64,000 nucleotides of DNA, taken from assembly GCA_963764165.1 (NCBI GenBank), contig CAVXRD010000002.1, forward strand, positions 2,080,001 to 2,144,000, read 5' to 3'. The notes under the pieces were generated by a model. That model was given only the letters and a program-made list of their open reading frames with translations, did no database searches and was not told the DNA's origin. Of this stretch, positions 28,849-39,847 are shown one piece after another. Position 1 is the stretch's first letter. Each line of letters starts with the position of its first letter. This DNA is from an uncultured Verrucomicrobiae bacterium (GTDB lineage Bacteria > Verrucomicrobiota > Verrucomicrobiia > Limisphaerales > Palsa-1400). Made by a program: the position numbers and the translations under genes.

Positions 28849-30857
28849 TCTTCGGCGGAGCCAATTTTGGCCAGCACGCTCAAATCTTCCAGAGTCGTGA
28901 CGTCGCCTTTGATTTCGCCACCGGCAGCCACTTGCTTGAGCAAGCGCCGCATGATTTTTCCAGAGCGCGTTTTTGGCAGGGCGTCGGCGAAACGAATGTC
29001 ATCCGGCTTGGCCACGGGCCCAATTTCCTTGGCAACGTGCTGGCGCAATTCGTCGCGAATTCCGGAGGCCGCGATGATGCCCGTCTTGAGCGTGATGAAC
29101 GCCACGAGGGCCTGGCCTTTCAGATCGTCATGGCGTCCCACCACGGCGGCTTCGGCGACGGACGGATGGCTGACCAGCGCGCTTTCCACTTCCGCCGTGC
29201 CGATGCGGTGGCCCGCGACGTTCAGCACGTCGTCGATGCGGCCCACGATCCAAAAATATCCGTCCTCATCCTGGCGGCAGCCGTCGCCGGTGAAATAGCA
29301 GCCTTTGACCTCGCTCCAATAGGTTTCAATAAAGCGTTGGGGATCGCCCCAAATGCCGCGCAGCATTCCCGGCCACGGTTTGCGGATGACAAGTTTGCCG
29401 CCAGAATTTTTCGGAACGGCTTTGCCTTCGTTATCCACGACTTCCGGCAGGATGCCGAAGAACGGAAGAGTGGCGGTGCCCGGCTTCACCGGCGTCGCGC
29501 CCGGGAGCGGCGTAATCATGATCCCGCCGGTTTCCGTCTGCCACCACGTGTCAACAATGGGGCAGCGCTTGCCGCCGATGACTTCGTAAAACCACATCCA
29601 CGCTTCCGGATTGATCGGCTCACCGACGGTTCCCAGCAGGCGCAGTGAGGAAAGATCGTGTTTGTCCGGCCATTGGCGTCCCCATTTCATGAAGGCGCGG
29701 ATCGCCGTCGGCGCGGTGTACATGATGGTCACGCCGTATTTGGCGACGATGCGCCAGAAGCGGTCCGGCTCGGGATGATTCGGCGCGCCTTCGTACATGA
29801 CGGTCGTCGCGCCATTGGCCAGCGGGCCGTAAACCACATAGCTGTGGCCCGTCACCCAGCCGATGTCCGCTGTGCACCAGTAAACATCCTCGGGATGCAG
29901 GTCGAAGATGTATTTGCTCGTCATCTTGGCGTGCAAAAGATATCCGGCGGTGGTGTGCAGAATTCCCTTGGGCTTGCCGGTAGAGCCGCTGGTGTAAAGA
30001 ATAAAGAGCGGCGCTTCGCTGTCCATTTTTTCGGCGGGGAAATGGGCGTCAACGTATTGCAATTCGCGGTGCCACCAGACATCGCGCCCTTCCTCGATGT
30101 AAATTTCCTGGTTCGTCCGGCGCAGCACGATGACTTTTTCGATTGTCTTCGCGAGAAGATGCCCGGCAGCGTCCCGCAAGGTGAGCGCTTCATCCACGCT
30201 CTTTTTCAACGGCACGATGCTGCCGCGCCGAAAACCGCCGTCCGCCGTGATGACCATCTTGGCCTGCGAATCAGAAATGCGGTCCGCCACCGATTGAGCG
30301 CTGAAGCCGCCGAACACCACCGAATGCACCGCCCCGATGCGCGTGCAAGCCAGCATGGCAATGGCGGCTTCGGGCGTCATCGGCAAATAAATCAGGACGC
30401 GGTCGCCTTTTTTAATGCCGTTTCGTTTCAGGACGTTGGCGAAAAGGCAGACTTCGCGGTGAAGCTGCTTGAAGGTGTAAGTGCGCTCCTCTCCCGGTGT
30501 CCCGGGGCCGGCAGGCTCGCCTTCCCAAATGATGGCGGCCTTGTTCGCCATCGGCGTATTGAGATGCCGGTCAAGGCAGTTGGAACTGACGTTTAACTTG
30601 CCGCCGACGAACCATTTCGCGCTGGGCAATTTCCATTGCAGCACTTTTTTCCACGGCTTGAACCAGACCAATTCCTCCTTGGCCAGCCGCGCCCAAAACG
30701 TCTCCGGCTTGTCGATGGATTCGCGGTAAAGTTTTTTGTATTGGGCCATTGATTTGATCCACGCGTTCTTGGAGAACTCCGCCTTGGGCGGAAACACGCG
30801 TTTCTCGTGCATCATGGACGTAATATTAGCGGACGGCGCCGGCGTGGTGATGGCCAT
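28845..30857 (-). CDS. acs: Acetyl-CoA synthetase
   Basis: [49 protein letters not shown]. Confidence 0.97.
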   Translation of the reverse strand: MAITTPAPSANITSMMHEKRVFPPKAEFSKNAWIKSMAQYKKLYRESIDKPETFWARLAKEELVWFKPWKKVLQWKLPSAKWFVGGKLNVSSNCLDRHLNTPMANKAAIIWEGEPAGPGTPGEERTYTFKQLHREVCLFANVLKRNGIKKGDRVLIYLPMTPEAAIAMLACTRIGAVHSVVFGGFSAQSVADRISDSQAKMVITADGGFRRGSIVPLKKSVDEALTLRDAAGHLLAKTIEKVIVLRRTNQEIYIEEGRDVWWHRELQYVDAHFPAEKMDSEAPLFILYTSGSTGKPKGILHTTAGYLLHAKMTSKYIFDLHPEDVYWCTADIGWVTGHSYVVYGPLANGATTVMYEGAPNHPEPDRFWRIVAKYGVTIMYTAPTAIRAFMKWGRQWPDKHDLSSLRLLGTVGEPINPEAWMWFYEVIGGKRCPIVDTWWQTETGGIMITPLPGATPVKPGTATLPFFGILPEVVDNEGKAVPKNSGGKLVIRKPWPGMLRGIWGDPQRFIETYWSEVKGCYFTGDGCRQDEDGYFWIVGRIDDVLNVAGHRIGTAEVESALVSHPSVAEAAVVGRHDDLKGQALVAFITLKTGIIAASGIRDELRQHVAKEIGPVAKPDDIRFADALPKTRSGKIMRRLLKQVAAGGEIKGDVTTLEDLSVLAKIGSAEE

Positions 30858-30943
30858 AGTGTTTCTTGTATTTCTGCCGAGATACTAATGATTGCGCGAA
30901 GGCCGTCAATGCCGCACCAAAATGAACCCAATGTTGGATTCGA

Positions 30944-31204
30944 TTACGGAATCACTTTCTTTACGTCCACCACGCGCAGTTCGAGGACCGGGTCGTCCGG
31001 CCAAAACGTGACAAGCCACCGGCCACATCGCTTCACTTGGTATTCGCGCCCGGAACGCCCCTTCTGAATCCAGTCGCCCGGTTGATGAGGTGAGTCGGCC
31101 AAAGACCGGAAAATGTGGAGAAGATCTTCTCGCTCGCGATGGCTGCATCGGGAGAAGAATTCGACAACGGAGTCGTCTGCCGCGAACAGATAACGCGAAA
31201 TCAT
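30944..31204 (-). CDS. Small RelE-like putative toxin
   Basis: L...P...GDW...GREYQV...WLVTFW.D..V.ELRVVDV; 4-bp overlap with the upstream small gene. Confidence 0.55.
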   Translation of the reverse strand: MISRYLFAADDSVVEFFSRCSHREREDLLHIFRSLADSPHQPGDWIQKGRSGREYQVKRCGRWLVTFWPDDPVLELRVVDVKKVIP

Positions 31205-31413
31205 TCGCCGCGATTGCTCAGAGTGCGATGTTGCCGCTCCAGTTCGTCCAGAGTTGTTTTCTTGCCGGCATCCATCTCGGCCGCGCGATGATCCAGGACG
31301 GATTGGTATTCCGCGTCATCAGCCCGATTGAGGTGGGCAATCAAGGCGGCCAAGTCAAGGCGCTCCTCAACCGTCAACCCTGCAATTTGCTCCCTGATTT
31401 CAGCCATGCTCAT
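31201..31413 (-). CDS. Putative antitoxin
   Basis: MSMAEIREQIAGLTVEERLDLAA...EMDAGKK, an addiction-module-like helical protein. Confidence 0.55.
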   Translation of the reverse strand: MSMAEIREQIAGLTVEERLDLAALIAHLNRADDAEYQSVLDHRAAEMDAGKKTTLDELERQHRTLSNRGE

Positions 31414-31490
31414 AGCGCAAATTAAACAGAATCGCCATCGTTTGCAAGGTTCCCCATCTCAGCCGCCCTAACTGGTTCTGTCTTCCAATT

Positions 31491-31607
31491 TCCGCCTTGG
31501 GCGGAAACACGCGTTTCTCGTGCGGCATGGATGTGATATTGGCGGACGGCGCGGGAGGTAGTGGTGGCCACAATGATTGGAAGAATGCCGCCAATGCCGC
31601 ACAAAAT
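31491..31607 (-). pseudogene. Degenerate duplicate of the acs upstream motif and first ~27 codons
   Basis: 33 bp identical to 30778-30810; GTG start at 31571 then a +1 frameshift; [22 protein letters not shown]. Confidence 0.85.
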
Positions 31608-31652
31608 CAGGAATCTTCAACATGCGCCGACGAGCATGCGCCACCAACCTGC

Positions 31653-32087
31653 CTATTTTGCCTTTGGCTTTTGAAGCGAGGCGAGCGGATACACCCGAAT
31701 ATTCTTACGGCTAATGATTCCCTTATCAAACGAGGCGAGTTCATCCTGTGTTTTGCCGGCGGTTGCCATCAGGTAGGCATCTCCAAAGGAATCCTTGTTT
31801 GCCGTGATTTGTTTCAGTGCGTCCAAGACGACCTCAAGATCGATGCAGGCGAGAAGATCGGAAGACAGCAGCGCATGAAGAATGCTCGCGGTCTCTGGCC
31901 GCGGCAGATTGTAGACGGAAGCGAGCACATAAAAAACCTCGGCCACGGTCACGGCTGAAACCAGCAGTTTTAGATGGCCGCTTTGAGCACGATCAAAGAG
32001 CGCGGCGGCCATGGGCGACTGCTCGGCGTCATCATTGCGCAGGAAGCGCAAGATGACATTTGCGTCCACATGAACGCGCTGGCTCAC
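31653..32087 (-). CDS. vapC: VapC-family PIN-domain toxin
   Basis: VDANVILRFL..DD..Q, AEVFYVL, SFGDAYL, ASFDK. Confidence 0.88.
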   Translation of the reverse strand: MSQRVHVDANVILRFLRNDDAEQSPMAAALFDRAQSGHLKLLVSAVTVAEVFYVLASVYNLPRPETASILHALLSSDLLACIDLEVVLDALKQITANKDSFGDAYLMATAGKTQDELASFDKGIISRKNIRVYPLASLQKPKAK

Positions 32088-32329
32088 GCTGAAGGCCCCT
32101 CCTGAGCCGCGTCATCGGCCATCGCCTTTCGTCCCTTCTCCATTTCCCGGGGGTCCCTCCCCTTTCTGGTGCTGGCGACGCCAAAGAGACTGGCGACGGT
32201 TGGGACTGGGCGGACAACAGCGGAGCCATCTGGATTGCTTTGCCAAAGAATTTTGGACGTCTTCCATCTCTTTCGAATGTGGGAAGGAACACTGGTTTGC
32301 CCTTTACTTGAGATCAATGTCTTTACCAT
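32084..32329 (-). CDS. AbrB/MazE-type antitoxin
   Basis: ISSKGQTSVPSHIRK; overlaps vapC. Confidence 0.85.
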   Translation of the reverse strand: MVKTLISSKGQTSVPSHIRKRWKTSKILWQSNPDGSAVVRPVPTVASLFGVASTRKGRDPREMEKGRKAMADDAAQEGPSA

Positions 32330-32445
32330 AAATAAAGGTAAAGCATTTCACGGCATTTTGTCAAAACGATTAGTCCTTTGGCTGGGGGAATTGGTTTTTT
32401 CTTCCAATTCTCCCCGCTCCCGCTAAAAATTAACCGCACTCCGCT

Positions 32446-32991
32446 ATGGCGAAGAACATTGTTTATTTCGATCTGGAAACCCAAAAATCCGCCGACGAGG
32501 TCGGCGGCTGGGACAAAATTCGCGAGATGCGCATGAGCGTCGGCGTGACTTACAGCACGGCGCGCGGCGGCTACCGGATTTATCCGGAAGCCGAGGTGAA
32601 CCTTCTTATTGACGAGCTTCGCCGGGCGGATCTCGTGGTGGGTTTCAACAGCCTGCGCTTCGATTACGAAGTGCTGGTGGGCCACAATCCATTCTTCGAC
32701 GTGGATCAAATTCCGACCATGGACATGCTGGTGGAATTGCAGAAGACGCTGCAGCACCGTTTGTCCCTCGACTCCATCGCCTCCGCCACGCTCGGTGTTG
32801 AAAAGACGAGCGAAGGCTTGCAAGCCATCCGCTGGTTCAAAGAGGGCAAGATGATGGAGATTGCGGAGTATTGCTGCTACGACGTGAAAATCACGCGCAT
32901 GGTTCACGAGTACGCGATGTCCTACAAGCAACTGCATTACGTCAACCGCTTCGGCAAGAAATTGACCGTGCCGGTGGCGTGGAACGGTTGA
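32446..32991 (+). CDS. RNase H-like exonuclease domain protein (YprB-like)
   Basis: VYFDLETQ, VVGFN..RFD, SLDS....TLG..K...GL.A..W, YC..DV. Confidence 0.85.
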   Translation: MAKNIVYFDLETQKSADEVGGWDKIREMRMSVGVTYSTARGGYRIYPEAEVNLLIDELRRADLVVGFNSLRFDYEVLVGHNPFFDVDQIPTMDMLVELQKTLQHRLSLDSIASATLGVEKTSEGLQAIRWFKEGKMMEIAEYCCYDVKITRMVHEYAMSYKQLHYVNRFGKKLTVPVAWNG

Positions 32992-33025
32992 CCGCGCATT
33001 CCGCCGGAAGCGAATCCCCTTCGCG

Positions 33026-34120
33026 ATGAACACGCTCACCCGGCAAATCCACGACGAAATTCGCGAACGCGGGCCAATCTCGTTTGCGCGGTTCATGGAA
33101 TTGGCGCTTTACCAGCCGGGCCTCGGCTATTACGAGCGCCCCCAAGTCGTCGGGCGCGACGGGGATTTTTTCACCAGCGTCAGCGTTGGGCCGCTGTTCG
33201 GGCGGCTGCTCGCGTTTCAGTTTGCGCTTTGGATGGATTCTCTTTGTCCAGCGGGCGACGTTGATTTAGTCGAGGCCGGCGCACACCAGGGAGCGCTGGC
33301 GGCGGATATTCTTTCGTGGCTGTGCGAATTTCGCCCGAGTTTGTTCGACCGCGTCCATTACACAATTCTCGAGCCGTCGACAACAAGACGAACGTGGCAG
33401 GAGGAAACGCTGCTCGAATGGCGCACCCGCGTAAAGTGGGCGCCCGGCATTTCCGCCCTTGAGCCGGTAAATGGCGTTATTTTCTCCAACGAATTCCTCG
33501 ATGCTATTCCCGTCCATGTATTCGCCTGGAGCGCCGGCAATCAGAAGTGGGTCCAGGGTTGCGTGGCCAGCGCCGGCGAGAATTTTGCCTGGATATGGCG
33601 CCCGCCCGAGGAGTCACTGCGAACATATCTGCCGTTGATTCCGCCCGAGCTGGCCGAAGTGCTGCCCGACGGATTTGAGATCGAGATTTGCCCGCTGGCA
33701 TCGGAGTGGTGGGGAGTGGCCGCTTCGAAATTGCGCCGCGGGAAATTGCTGACGTTCGATTACGGACTGACTTCCGACGAGCGCCTCCATCCCCAGCGCG
33801 CCCGGGGAACGCTCCGCGCCTATGCCAAACATCACGCGACGGCGGACGTGCTCAATCAGCCCGGCAGCCAGGATCTCACCTCGCACATTGATTTTTCGGC
33901 GTTGAAAACCGCTGGCGAAGCCGCCGGTCTGCGGACAGAAACGTTCGTGCGCCAGTCTACTTTCCTCACCGAGATCATGGTGCAAACGCAAAAATCCCCC
34001 GGGCTCTTTGCGGCATGGGACGAAAAAATCACACGCCAGTTTCACACCTTGACGCACCCGGAGCATCTCGGCCGAAAATTCCGCGTGCTGGTGCAATCAC
34101 GCGATGTTCCTCCGGGCTAA
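33026..34120 (+). CDS. SAM-dependent methyltransferase, MidA/NDUFAF7 family
   Basis: GPISFARFMELALYQP..GYY, GDFFTS, EAGA..G.LA.D, SNEFLDA.P, DYG, QDLTSHIDF. Confidence 0.9.
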   Translation: MNTLTRQIHDEIRERGPISFARFMELALYQPGLGYYERPQVVGRDGDFFTSVSVGPLFGRLLAFQFALWMDSLCPAGDVDLVEAGAHQGALAADILSWLCEFRPSLFDRVHYTILEPSTTRRTWQEETLLEWRTRVKWAPGISALEPVNGVIFSNEFLDAIPVHVFAWSAGNQKWVQGCVASAGENFAWIWRPPEESLRTYLPLIPPELAEVLPDGFEIEICPLASEWWGVAASKLRRGKLLTFDYGLTSDERLHPQRARGTLRAYAKHHATADVLNQPGSQDLTSHIDFSALKTAGEAAGLRTETFVRQSTFLTEIMVQTQKSPGLFAAWDEKITRQFHTLTHPEHLGRKFRVLVQSRDVPPG

Positions 34121-34386
34121 CCCGGCGGCCAATGGCGATCCTCCGTTGAAGGTGGCAGAGGCGTCTCGCCTCTGCCGGGCTGACTCAGCGGGGATTCCCT
34201 GCCACTCCGTTCGTGAAGAATTATGTCACACACCTCGCGCGGAAATTCCGCACCAATGCAGGTTGACAGGCAGTCGTGAATTTGAGAGGCTCTCCGGCCT
34301 AGGATCGCACGCGTTCATGAGCAATGGGCAACGTAGAGCATTGTCCATCAGGGCGGATTGGCTTTCAAACAAAACCACGAAATACA

Positions 34387-37300
34387 ATGTACAACTCACT
34401 GCGCACTTCCACGATCCTGACGCGACGCCTTCCGGCATGGGCGGTCATTATTTCCGTTCTGATGATTTGGCCTGCGGCCTTGCGAGCGCAGTCCACTTAC
34501 GTATGGGCTGATAACGCGCAGGGCCAGGCTTATTTATACTGTCCAAATTGCGGATTCTCCGATTGCAACAGCTATTGGCCCAGCAATAATCTTTGGACCC
34601 AAACCTATCAAACCAACCAAGGCTGCAATCGCCAGGGAACGGTGGAATCAGAGCCAAGCAATTGGAATCCTTACACCACAAACGATCCTGCGCTTGGCGT
34701 GGGTGTGTATCCCGGCGGCCCGGGCGGCGAAGGGTTGTCTGTCGTGCTTGGGGCGCCTGCGAACACTTACCTGAATGCCAATGCGTATATCGATCAGCTC
34801 ACCATTCTGCCCAGCGGACAATTGACGCTCGGCGGCGGAACTCTGACCGTGCTCAGCGCCGTCATTGAAGGAGACGGCGCGCTCGTCCAGGCGGGGAATG
34901 ATTTGATCTCGGTGCCGCAGAACGGCGTGTTTGAAAAAGTGGCCGGGACAAACACCTACACGGTGCAACCGGCGGTTCTTTTTAACAACGCCTTCGCAAT
35001 ATCTTCGAGCGGGACGCTCGTTCTCAACGGCCAAAACGGCACTCCAAGCCTCAATGGGTCCTTCGAGACGTGGCCTGGCTGCGTCATTGACCTAACCGGG
35101 GGTTCCTCCTCGCTTTGGTCCGGAACGATGACCGGCCTGAACGCTTTCGGCGCTCTTTCCGCCGCCGATTGCGGGCAAGTGCAACTGAATAGTGGCAGCA
35201 TTGATAGTGAGAGCGGCGAATTGGTGACGTTGAATTTTCCAACCAATCACTTGTGGTGGAATGGCGGCAGCCTGTCGGGAACATTCGATAACACCGGCGG
35301 CATCATTGTTGATTCCGCGGGAGGACCCACCTTGGGAGGCACCCTTTATAACGACGGTTCCATCTACGAAACCAACGCGGGCCAATTAAACGACGGAATC
35401 TTTTTCAACGATGCAAACGGAATTTTCAAGTTTGTAGGAGATGGCTCCATTGGGTCGGGAATGACCTTTGTCAATTCGGGCCTCGTGGAGAAGTCCGAAG
35501 GCGCCAGCAACTCGACCATTAACAACGTCCAGGGTGAGGGCGGCACATTCAAAGTGGACACCGGCACACTGACGCTGGCGGGTGATAATCTGAGTTCGAA
35601 CGGCATATTTTCCGTGGCGTCCGGGACCGTGCTGGATTTAACCGGCGGCAGCCGTCCCACCTGGGCCGGCGCGATGAGCGGCAGCGGTGGTGGCACGGTC
35701 CTGCTGGCCGACGGTCGTCTTTACAGCGCGGAGTCTGGATTGACGCTGGCGTTTGCGCCGAACACATTTTTGTGGACGGGCGGCCAGATATGGGGCGGTG
35801 GCGGCCCCGTCACAAATAACATGTCGATCCAGATTGCCGCCAGCAATGCGCCGGGGCTCGCCTACTGCGGTTTCTACAATAACGACGCGATCATTCAAAC
35901 GAATGGTGGGAACTTTGATGTCGGCCAGTACGCATTCGTGAATGAGCCGCAAGCTCACTATTTCTTTGCCGGTGATGGCGGCAGCCTCAGCGGCGGGCTT
36001 TTTATCAATTATGGCCTCATCGACAAAACTTCCGGCACCGGCAGCTCCACCATTACCTGCCAACTCGACAACTTGGGGGGAACCATCGAGGCCGACTCCG
36101 GGACGCTTGCCCTGGCGAGCGGAGGAACGAGTTCAAACGCGACATTTATCCCCGAACTAAATGCGGTGATTGACCTTACCGGCGGAAACAATGGCGCGAC
36201 TTGGACGGGGACTTTGACAGGCTCCGGCGATGGCAGAGTTTTGCTAACGAACGGCGTCTTCAGTTTCCCTTCGAACGGGTTGAATCTCAACTTTCCTCCC
36301 GGTCTTTTTTGGTGGATGGGCGGGGCCATTGAAGCGGAGCAAACCGGCGCCCCCTATACCAACATTGGTTCGATCACGATTTCGCCGGCTAATGCGCCTG
36401 CGAATGCATACGGCGCCTTCTATAACTTCGGGATCATCCACGAAACCAACGCCGGGAATTTCAACGTCGGCGCCATCGCGCTCGTGAATCAAGCAGGCGG
36501 GGTCTATGACTTTGATGGCAATGGCGGCATCGTCGGGAATCAATTCCTCAATTACGGCCTCCTCGACAAGAAATTCGGCGCCGGAATCTCCACGATCAAC
36601 TGCCAATTCATAAATCTGGGCGGAACGATCGAAGCTGACTCGGGCACGCTCGCGCTGGCGAATGGAGGGTTAAGCTCAAACGCGACTTTTGTGGCAGGAC
36701 CAAATGCGGTGATCGACCTCACCGGAGGAAACAATTCCGGCGCGTGGACTGGAACATTGACGGGGTCAGGCCAGGGCGAGATCACCCTTGCCAGTGGCTC
36801 CATCACTTTCCCTTCGAACGGATTGAACCTGAATTTCGCTCCCGGGCTTTTTTTGTGGACCGGCGGCGGCATTTACGCCGAGCAAACCGGCGCAGGTTAT
36901 ACCAATTTCGGTTCGATCACGATTTCGCCGGTCAATGCGCCGGCTAACGCCTATGGAACTCTTTTTAATAACAGCATCATCCACCAGACGAACACGGGGA
37001 ATTTCAACGTCGGCGCCATCTCGCTCGTAAACCAACTTGGCGGAATCTATGAATTCGATGGCGACGGCGGCATCACCGGAAATCAATTTGTCAACTACGG
37101 CCTGTTAAAGAAACGCTGCGGCACGAATGTATCGGCCATGAACAATTCCCAAACAATCAACTACGGCGGAATTGAAGTGGATTCCGGCGCGATTTCCGTG
37201 CCTGGTGGATTCTCGATGGGCGGCGGAAATTTGACCGTCGCTCTCGGCGGCGATGGCCCTGGCCAAGTCGGGCGACTGGCCGTGCAAGGCTCCGTGGCCC

Positions 37301-37707
37301 TGAGCGGCGGATTGCAGGTTGTGCTCACGAACGGTTTCTTTCCCGCCGTCAGCAACACATATCAAATCGTCTCGTGCAGCAGCCTGAGCGGAACGTTCAC
37401 CAATTTCAGCCTGCCCAAAGGCTTGTCACTCGCCTATAGCAATAGCGGTGTGTATGTGGTGGTAGGAACCTTGCCAGTGACCATCCAGTCGCCGTCACTG
37501 ACCAACGGCGCATTCTCCTTCGGCTTTCAAACCCAGAGCAACCAAAGCTACCTCATTCAAGAAGCTACCAACCTGGCCCCGGCGCTGTGGAGCCCCTACT
37601 CGAACTTCAGCGGAAGCGGCGCATGGATGCAATTCACGGTGCCAACCACGAATCTGTTGCAGCAATATTTCCGAGTCAGCGAGCCCACGAACGGCAGCGG
37701 GAATTGA
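34387..37707 (+). CDS. Large secreted beta-helical/adhesin-like protein with 181-aa internal repeats
   Basis: Signal peptide, G/N/T-rich repeats with 543-nt period (36007, 36550, 37093), C-terminal ATNL...W...YFR module. Confidence 0.8.
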   Translation: MYNSLRTSTILTRRLPAWAVIISVLMIWPAALRAQSTYVWADNAQGQAYLYCPNCGFSDCNSYWPSNNLWTQTYQTNQGCNRQGTVESEPSNWNPYTTNDPALGVGVYPGGPGGEGLSVVLGAPANTYLNANAYIDQLTILPSGQLTLGGGTLTVLSAVIEGDGALVQAGNDLISVPQNGVFEKVAGTNTYTVQPAVLFNNAFAISSSGTLVLNGQNGTPSLNGSFETWPGCVIDLTGGSSSLWSGTMTGLNAFGALSAADCGQVQLNSGSIDSESGELVTLNFPTNHLWWNGGSLSGTFDNTGGIIVDSAGGPTLGGTLYNDGSIYETNAGQLNDGIFFNDANGIFKFVGDGSIGSGMTFVNSGLVEKSEGASNSTINNVQGEGGTFKVDTGTLTLAGDNLSSNGIFSVASGTVLDLTGGSRPTWAGAMSGSGGGTVLLADGRLYSAESGLTLAFAPNTFLWTGGQIWGGGGPVTNNMSIQIAASNAPGLAYCGFYNNDAIIQTNGGNFDVGQYAFVNEPQAHYFFAGDGGSLSGGLFINYGLIDKTSGTGSSTITCQLDNLGGTIEADSGTLALASGGTSSNATFIPELNAVIDLTGGNNGATWTGTLTGSGDGRVLLTNGVFSFPSNGLNLNFPPGLFWWMGGAIEAEQTGAPYTNIGSITISPANAPANAYGAFYNFGIIHETNAGNFNVGAIALVNQAGGVYDFDGNGGIVGNQFLNYGLLDKKFGAGISTINCQFINLGGTIEADSGTLALANGGLSSNATFVAGPNAVIDLTGGNNSGAWTGTLTGSGQGEITLASGSITFPSNGLNLNFAPGLFLWTGGGIYAEQTGAGYTNFGSITISPVNAPANAYGTLFNNSIIHQTNTGNFNVGAISLVNQLGGIYEFDGDGGITGNQFVNYGLLKKRCGTNVSAMNNSQTINYGGIEVDSGAISVPGGFSMGGGNLTVALGGDGPGQVGRLAVQGSVALSGGLQVVLTNGFFPAVSNTYQIVSCSSLSGTFTNFSLPKGLSLAYSNSGVYVVVGTLPVTIQSPSLTNGAFSFGFQTQSNQSYLIQEATNLAPALWSPYSNFSGSGAWMQFTVPTTNLLQQYFRVSEPTNGSGN

Positions 37708-37811
37708 CGAATTTGTGAAAACTCGCAATCTGGCGAGAGAGTTCTAGATGCTCGCATTTGCGCATCTAGTTTTGGCTTGAATTTGAAAGAATAGGGATCA
37801 GAGTTCAAATC

Positions 37812-39836
37812 GTGTCCTTGGCAATACGATCTCGATCCTCCTTCCTGGCGGCTATTGCGCTTTTGACGATTTTTAGTCTTTCCCCCGCGGCTTGGGCATC
37901 CGGTGTGGTATCCAACGCCACCGAAAGCTCACTGGTGGCCGCGATGGCTGGCGGCGGCAGCGTGACCTTTGCCATCAACGGGACGATTTACCTTTCCAAC
38001 ACTATTGTCATCTCCGATAACACCGTGCTCGACGCCACCGGCCACAACGTGGCAATCAGCGGCAGCAATGCTGTGCAAATATTCGTCATCAATTCCAGAA
38101 CGACCGTGTCGATGACAAATTTGAGCCTTATTAACGGTTATGTCCGAGGTGCCTTTTTTACAGACGGAACTGGAGGGGCGATTTCGAATTCCGGCACACT
38201 TCAAATCACGGCCTGCTCTTTCATAAGCAACAACGTAGTCGGCATAAGCGAGCCAACAGCCTACGCGAGCGGGGGCGCCGGCGGGGCCATATTTAATTCC
38301 GGCATTGTGGCTGCTCAATCCTGCTTGTTTTTTGGAAATTCCGCCACCGGAGGCGGTGGCGGCCTTGGCACGACCTTCCAAGAGATTGCCGCGCCGGGCG
38401 GAGCTGCTGCTGGCGGCGCTTTTCTTAATGCAGGTCAGGCAACATTCATCAACTGCGTCTTTTCCAATAACGCAGCCGTTGGCGGAGTTGGAGGCACGCC
38501 CTATCCGAATGGCGATCCGGGCTACGGCGGGCAAACCGGCGGCGAAGCTTGGGGAGGCGCCATCTTCAGCGAGGGGACTCTGATGGCGTCGAACAGCGCC
38601 TTTGTCGGAAACGTGGCTGCTGGGGGAAACGGGGGATTCGGCACCGCTGCGGCAGCACAAGGCGCGGACTACGCATATTCAGGAGGCGCCGGCGGAAGCG
38701 GGGGCAACGGCAATGGGGGAGCCATCTGCGTCGGGGGAGGATTCTCTGTGGTTGTGAATGACACATTTTGGGGCAACAGCGCCACTGGCGGCACGGCGGG
38801 TCCAGGTGGCGCGGGTGAGGCTGCAGATGTCCCACGCGGGCCGGGCGGAAACGGCGGAAACGGTGGGGCAGGCGGCACCGGTTCGGGCGGCGGACTTGGC
38901 ATACAGTCCGGTGCGATCCTAGCTTGGAATATAACGTTGGCCTCGAATTCCGTCGCTGCCGGGGCGGGAGGGGCCGGAGGGGCTGGCGGCACTGGCCTCG
39001 AAGCAACTACCGGTGCGCCGGGAGCAGCCGGTTCGGCCGGCACCGCTGGAGGGGATTGCATCGGCAATCTTGGTGGCACGATGACTTTGAAAAATTCCAT
39101 CCTCAGCCCGAACGCTGCCGCCGACACGAACATCTTCGGTCCGGTTGTCGATGCAGGGTATAACCTCAGTTCCGACCAGCAAGACACGTTAACGAACGCA
39201 ACCAGCCTCAACGGCGTCGATCCCGTTCTGGCCCCCTTTGGCAATTACGGCGGGCCGACCCCCACCATGGCGCTGCTGCCCGGCAGCCCCGCCATCGATG
39301 GAGCCGATCCCGCCGATTTCCCCGCCACCGATCAACGCGGAGTCCCCCGGCCCTTCGGCCCCGCGCCGGACATAGGTGCATTTGAGAGCACCTCTTCCGT
39401 CACCGTTTCCGGCCAGATCACCGGCTTGTGGTCGAATGATCAGGCAACAGTCATTGCAGGCCATGGTCTAACGCTGACCACCAACCAAGGCACTTATTCG
39501 TTCACGGTGGATGATGGCCCCTTTTCCATATCGCCCAGCAACGCCAACTACGTTTTCGTCCCACCTTCGCGAACCGTCAGCCTGACTTCCAACCAAACCG
39601 GAGTCAATTTTCAAGCCTACAGGAAGAATGCGGTCACGTTGGGAACTCCCTCACCCGTTGCCTTCAATCTCATCTTTGCGGGTAGCAACGGCCAAGTGTT
39701 CAGGATAGAGGCCTCCATCGATCTTACAAGCTGGACGCCCATCGCCACAAACACCATTGGCGGCACGGGTTATTTGAATGATTCATTCCCCAAGAGCAAC
39801 GCGGGCGGCCAATTCTACCGGCTCGTTTCGCCATAA
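37812..39836 (+). CDS. Secreted Gly-rich protein with choice-of-anchor-Q-like domain
   Basis: GGAI.N repeats, N.A.GG.GG repeats, NYGGPTPTMALLPGSPAIDG...DQRG...DIGAFE, C-terminal SIDL..W...FYR module. Confidence 0.8.
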   Translation: MSLAIRSRSSFLAAIALLTIFSLSPAAWASGVVSNATESSLVAAMAGGGSVTFAINGTIYLSNTIVISDNTVLDATGHNVAISGSNAVQIFVINSRTTVSMTNLSLINGYVRGAFFTDGTGGAISNSGTLQITACSFISNNVVGISEPTAYASGGAGGAIFNSGIVAAQSCLFFGNSATGGGGGLGTTFQEIAAPGGAAAGGAFLNAGQATFINCVFSNNAAVGGVGGTPYPNGDPGYGGQTGGEAWGGAIFSEGTLMASNSAFVGNVAAGGNGGFGTAAAAQGADYAYSGGAGGSGGNGNGGAICVGGGFSVVVNDTFWGNSATGGTAGPGGAGEAADVPRGPGGNGGNGGAGGTGSGGGLGIQSGAILAWNITLASNSVAAGAGGAGGAGGTGLEATTGAPGAAGSAGTAGGDCIGNLGGTMTLKNSILSPNAAADTNIFGPVVDAGYNLSSDQQDTLTNATSLNGVDPVLAPFGNYGGPTPTMALLPGSPAIDGADPADFPATDQRGVPRPFGPAPDIGAFESTSSVTVSGQITGLWSNDQATVIAGHGLTLTTNQGTYSFTVDDGPFSISPSNANYVFVPPSRTVSLTSNQTGVNFQAYRKNAVTLGTPSPVAFNLIFAGSNGQVFRIEASIDLTSWTPIATNTIGGTGYLNDSFPKSNAGGQFYRLVSP

Positions 39837-39847
39837 TTTGATCGCTT

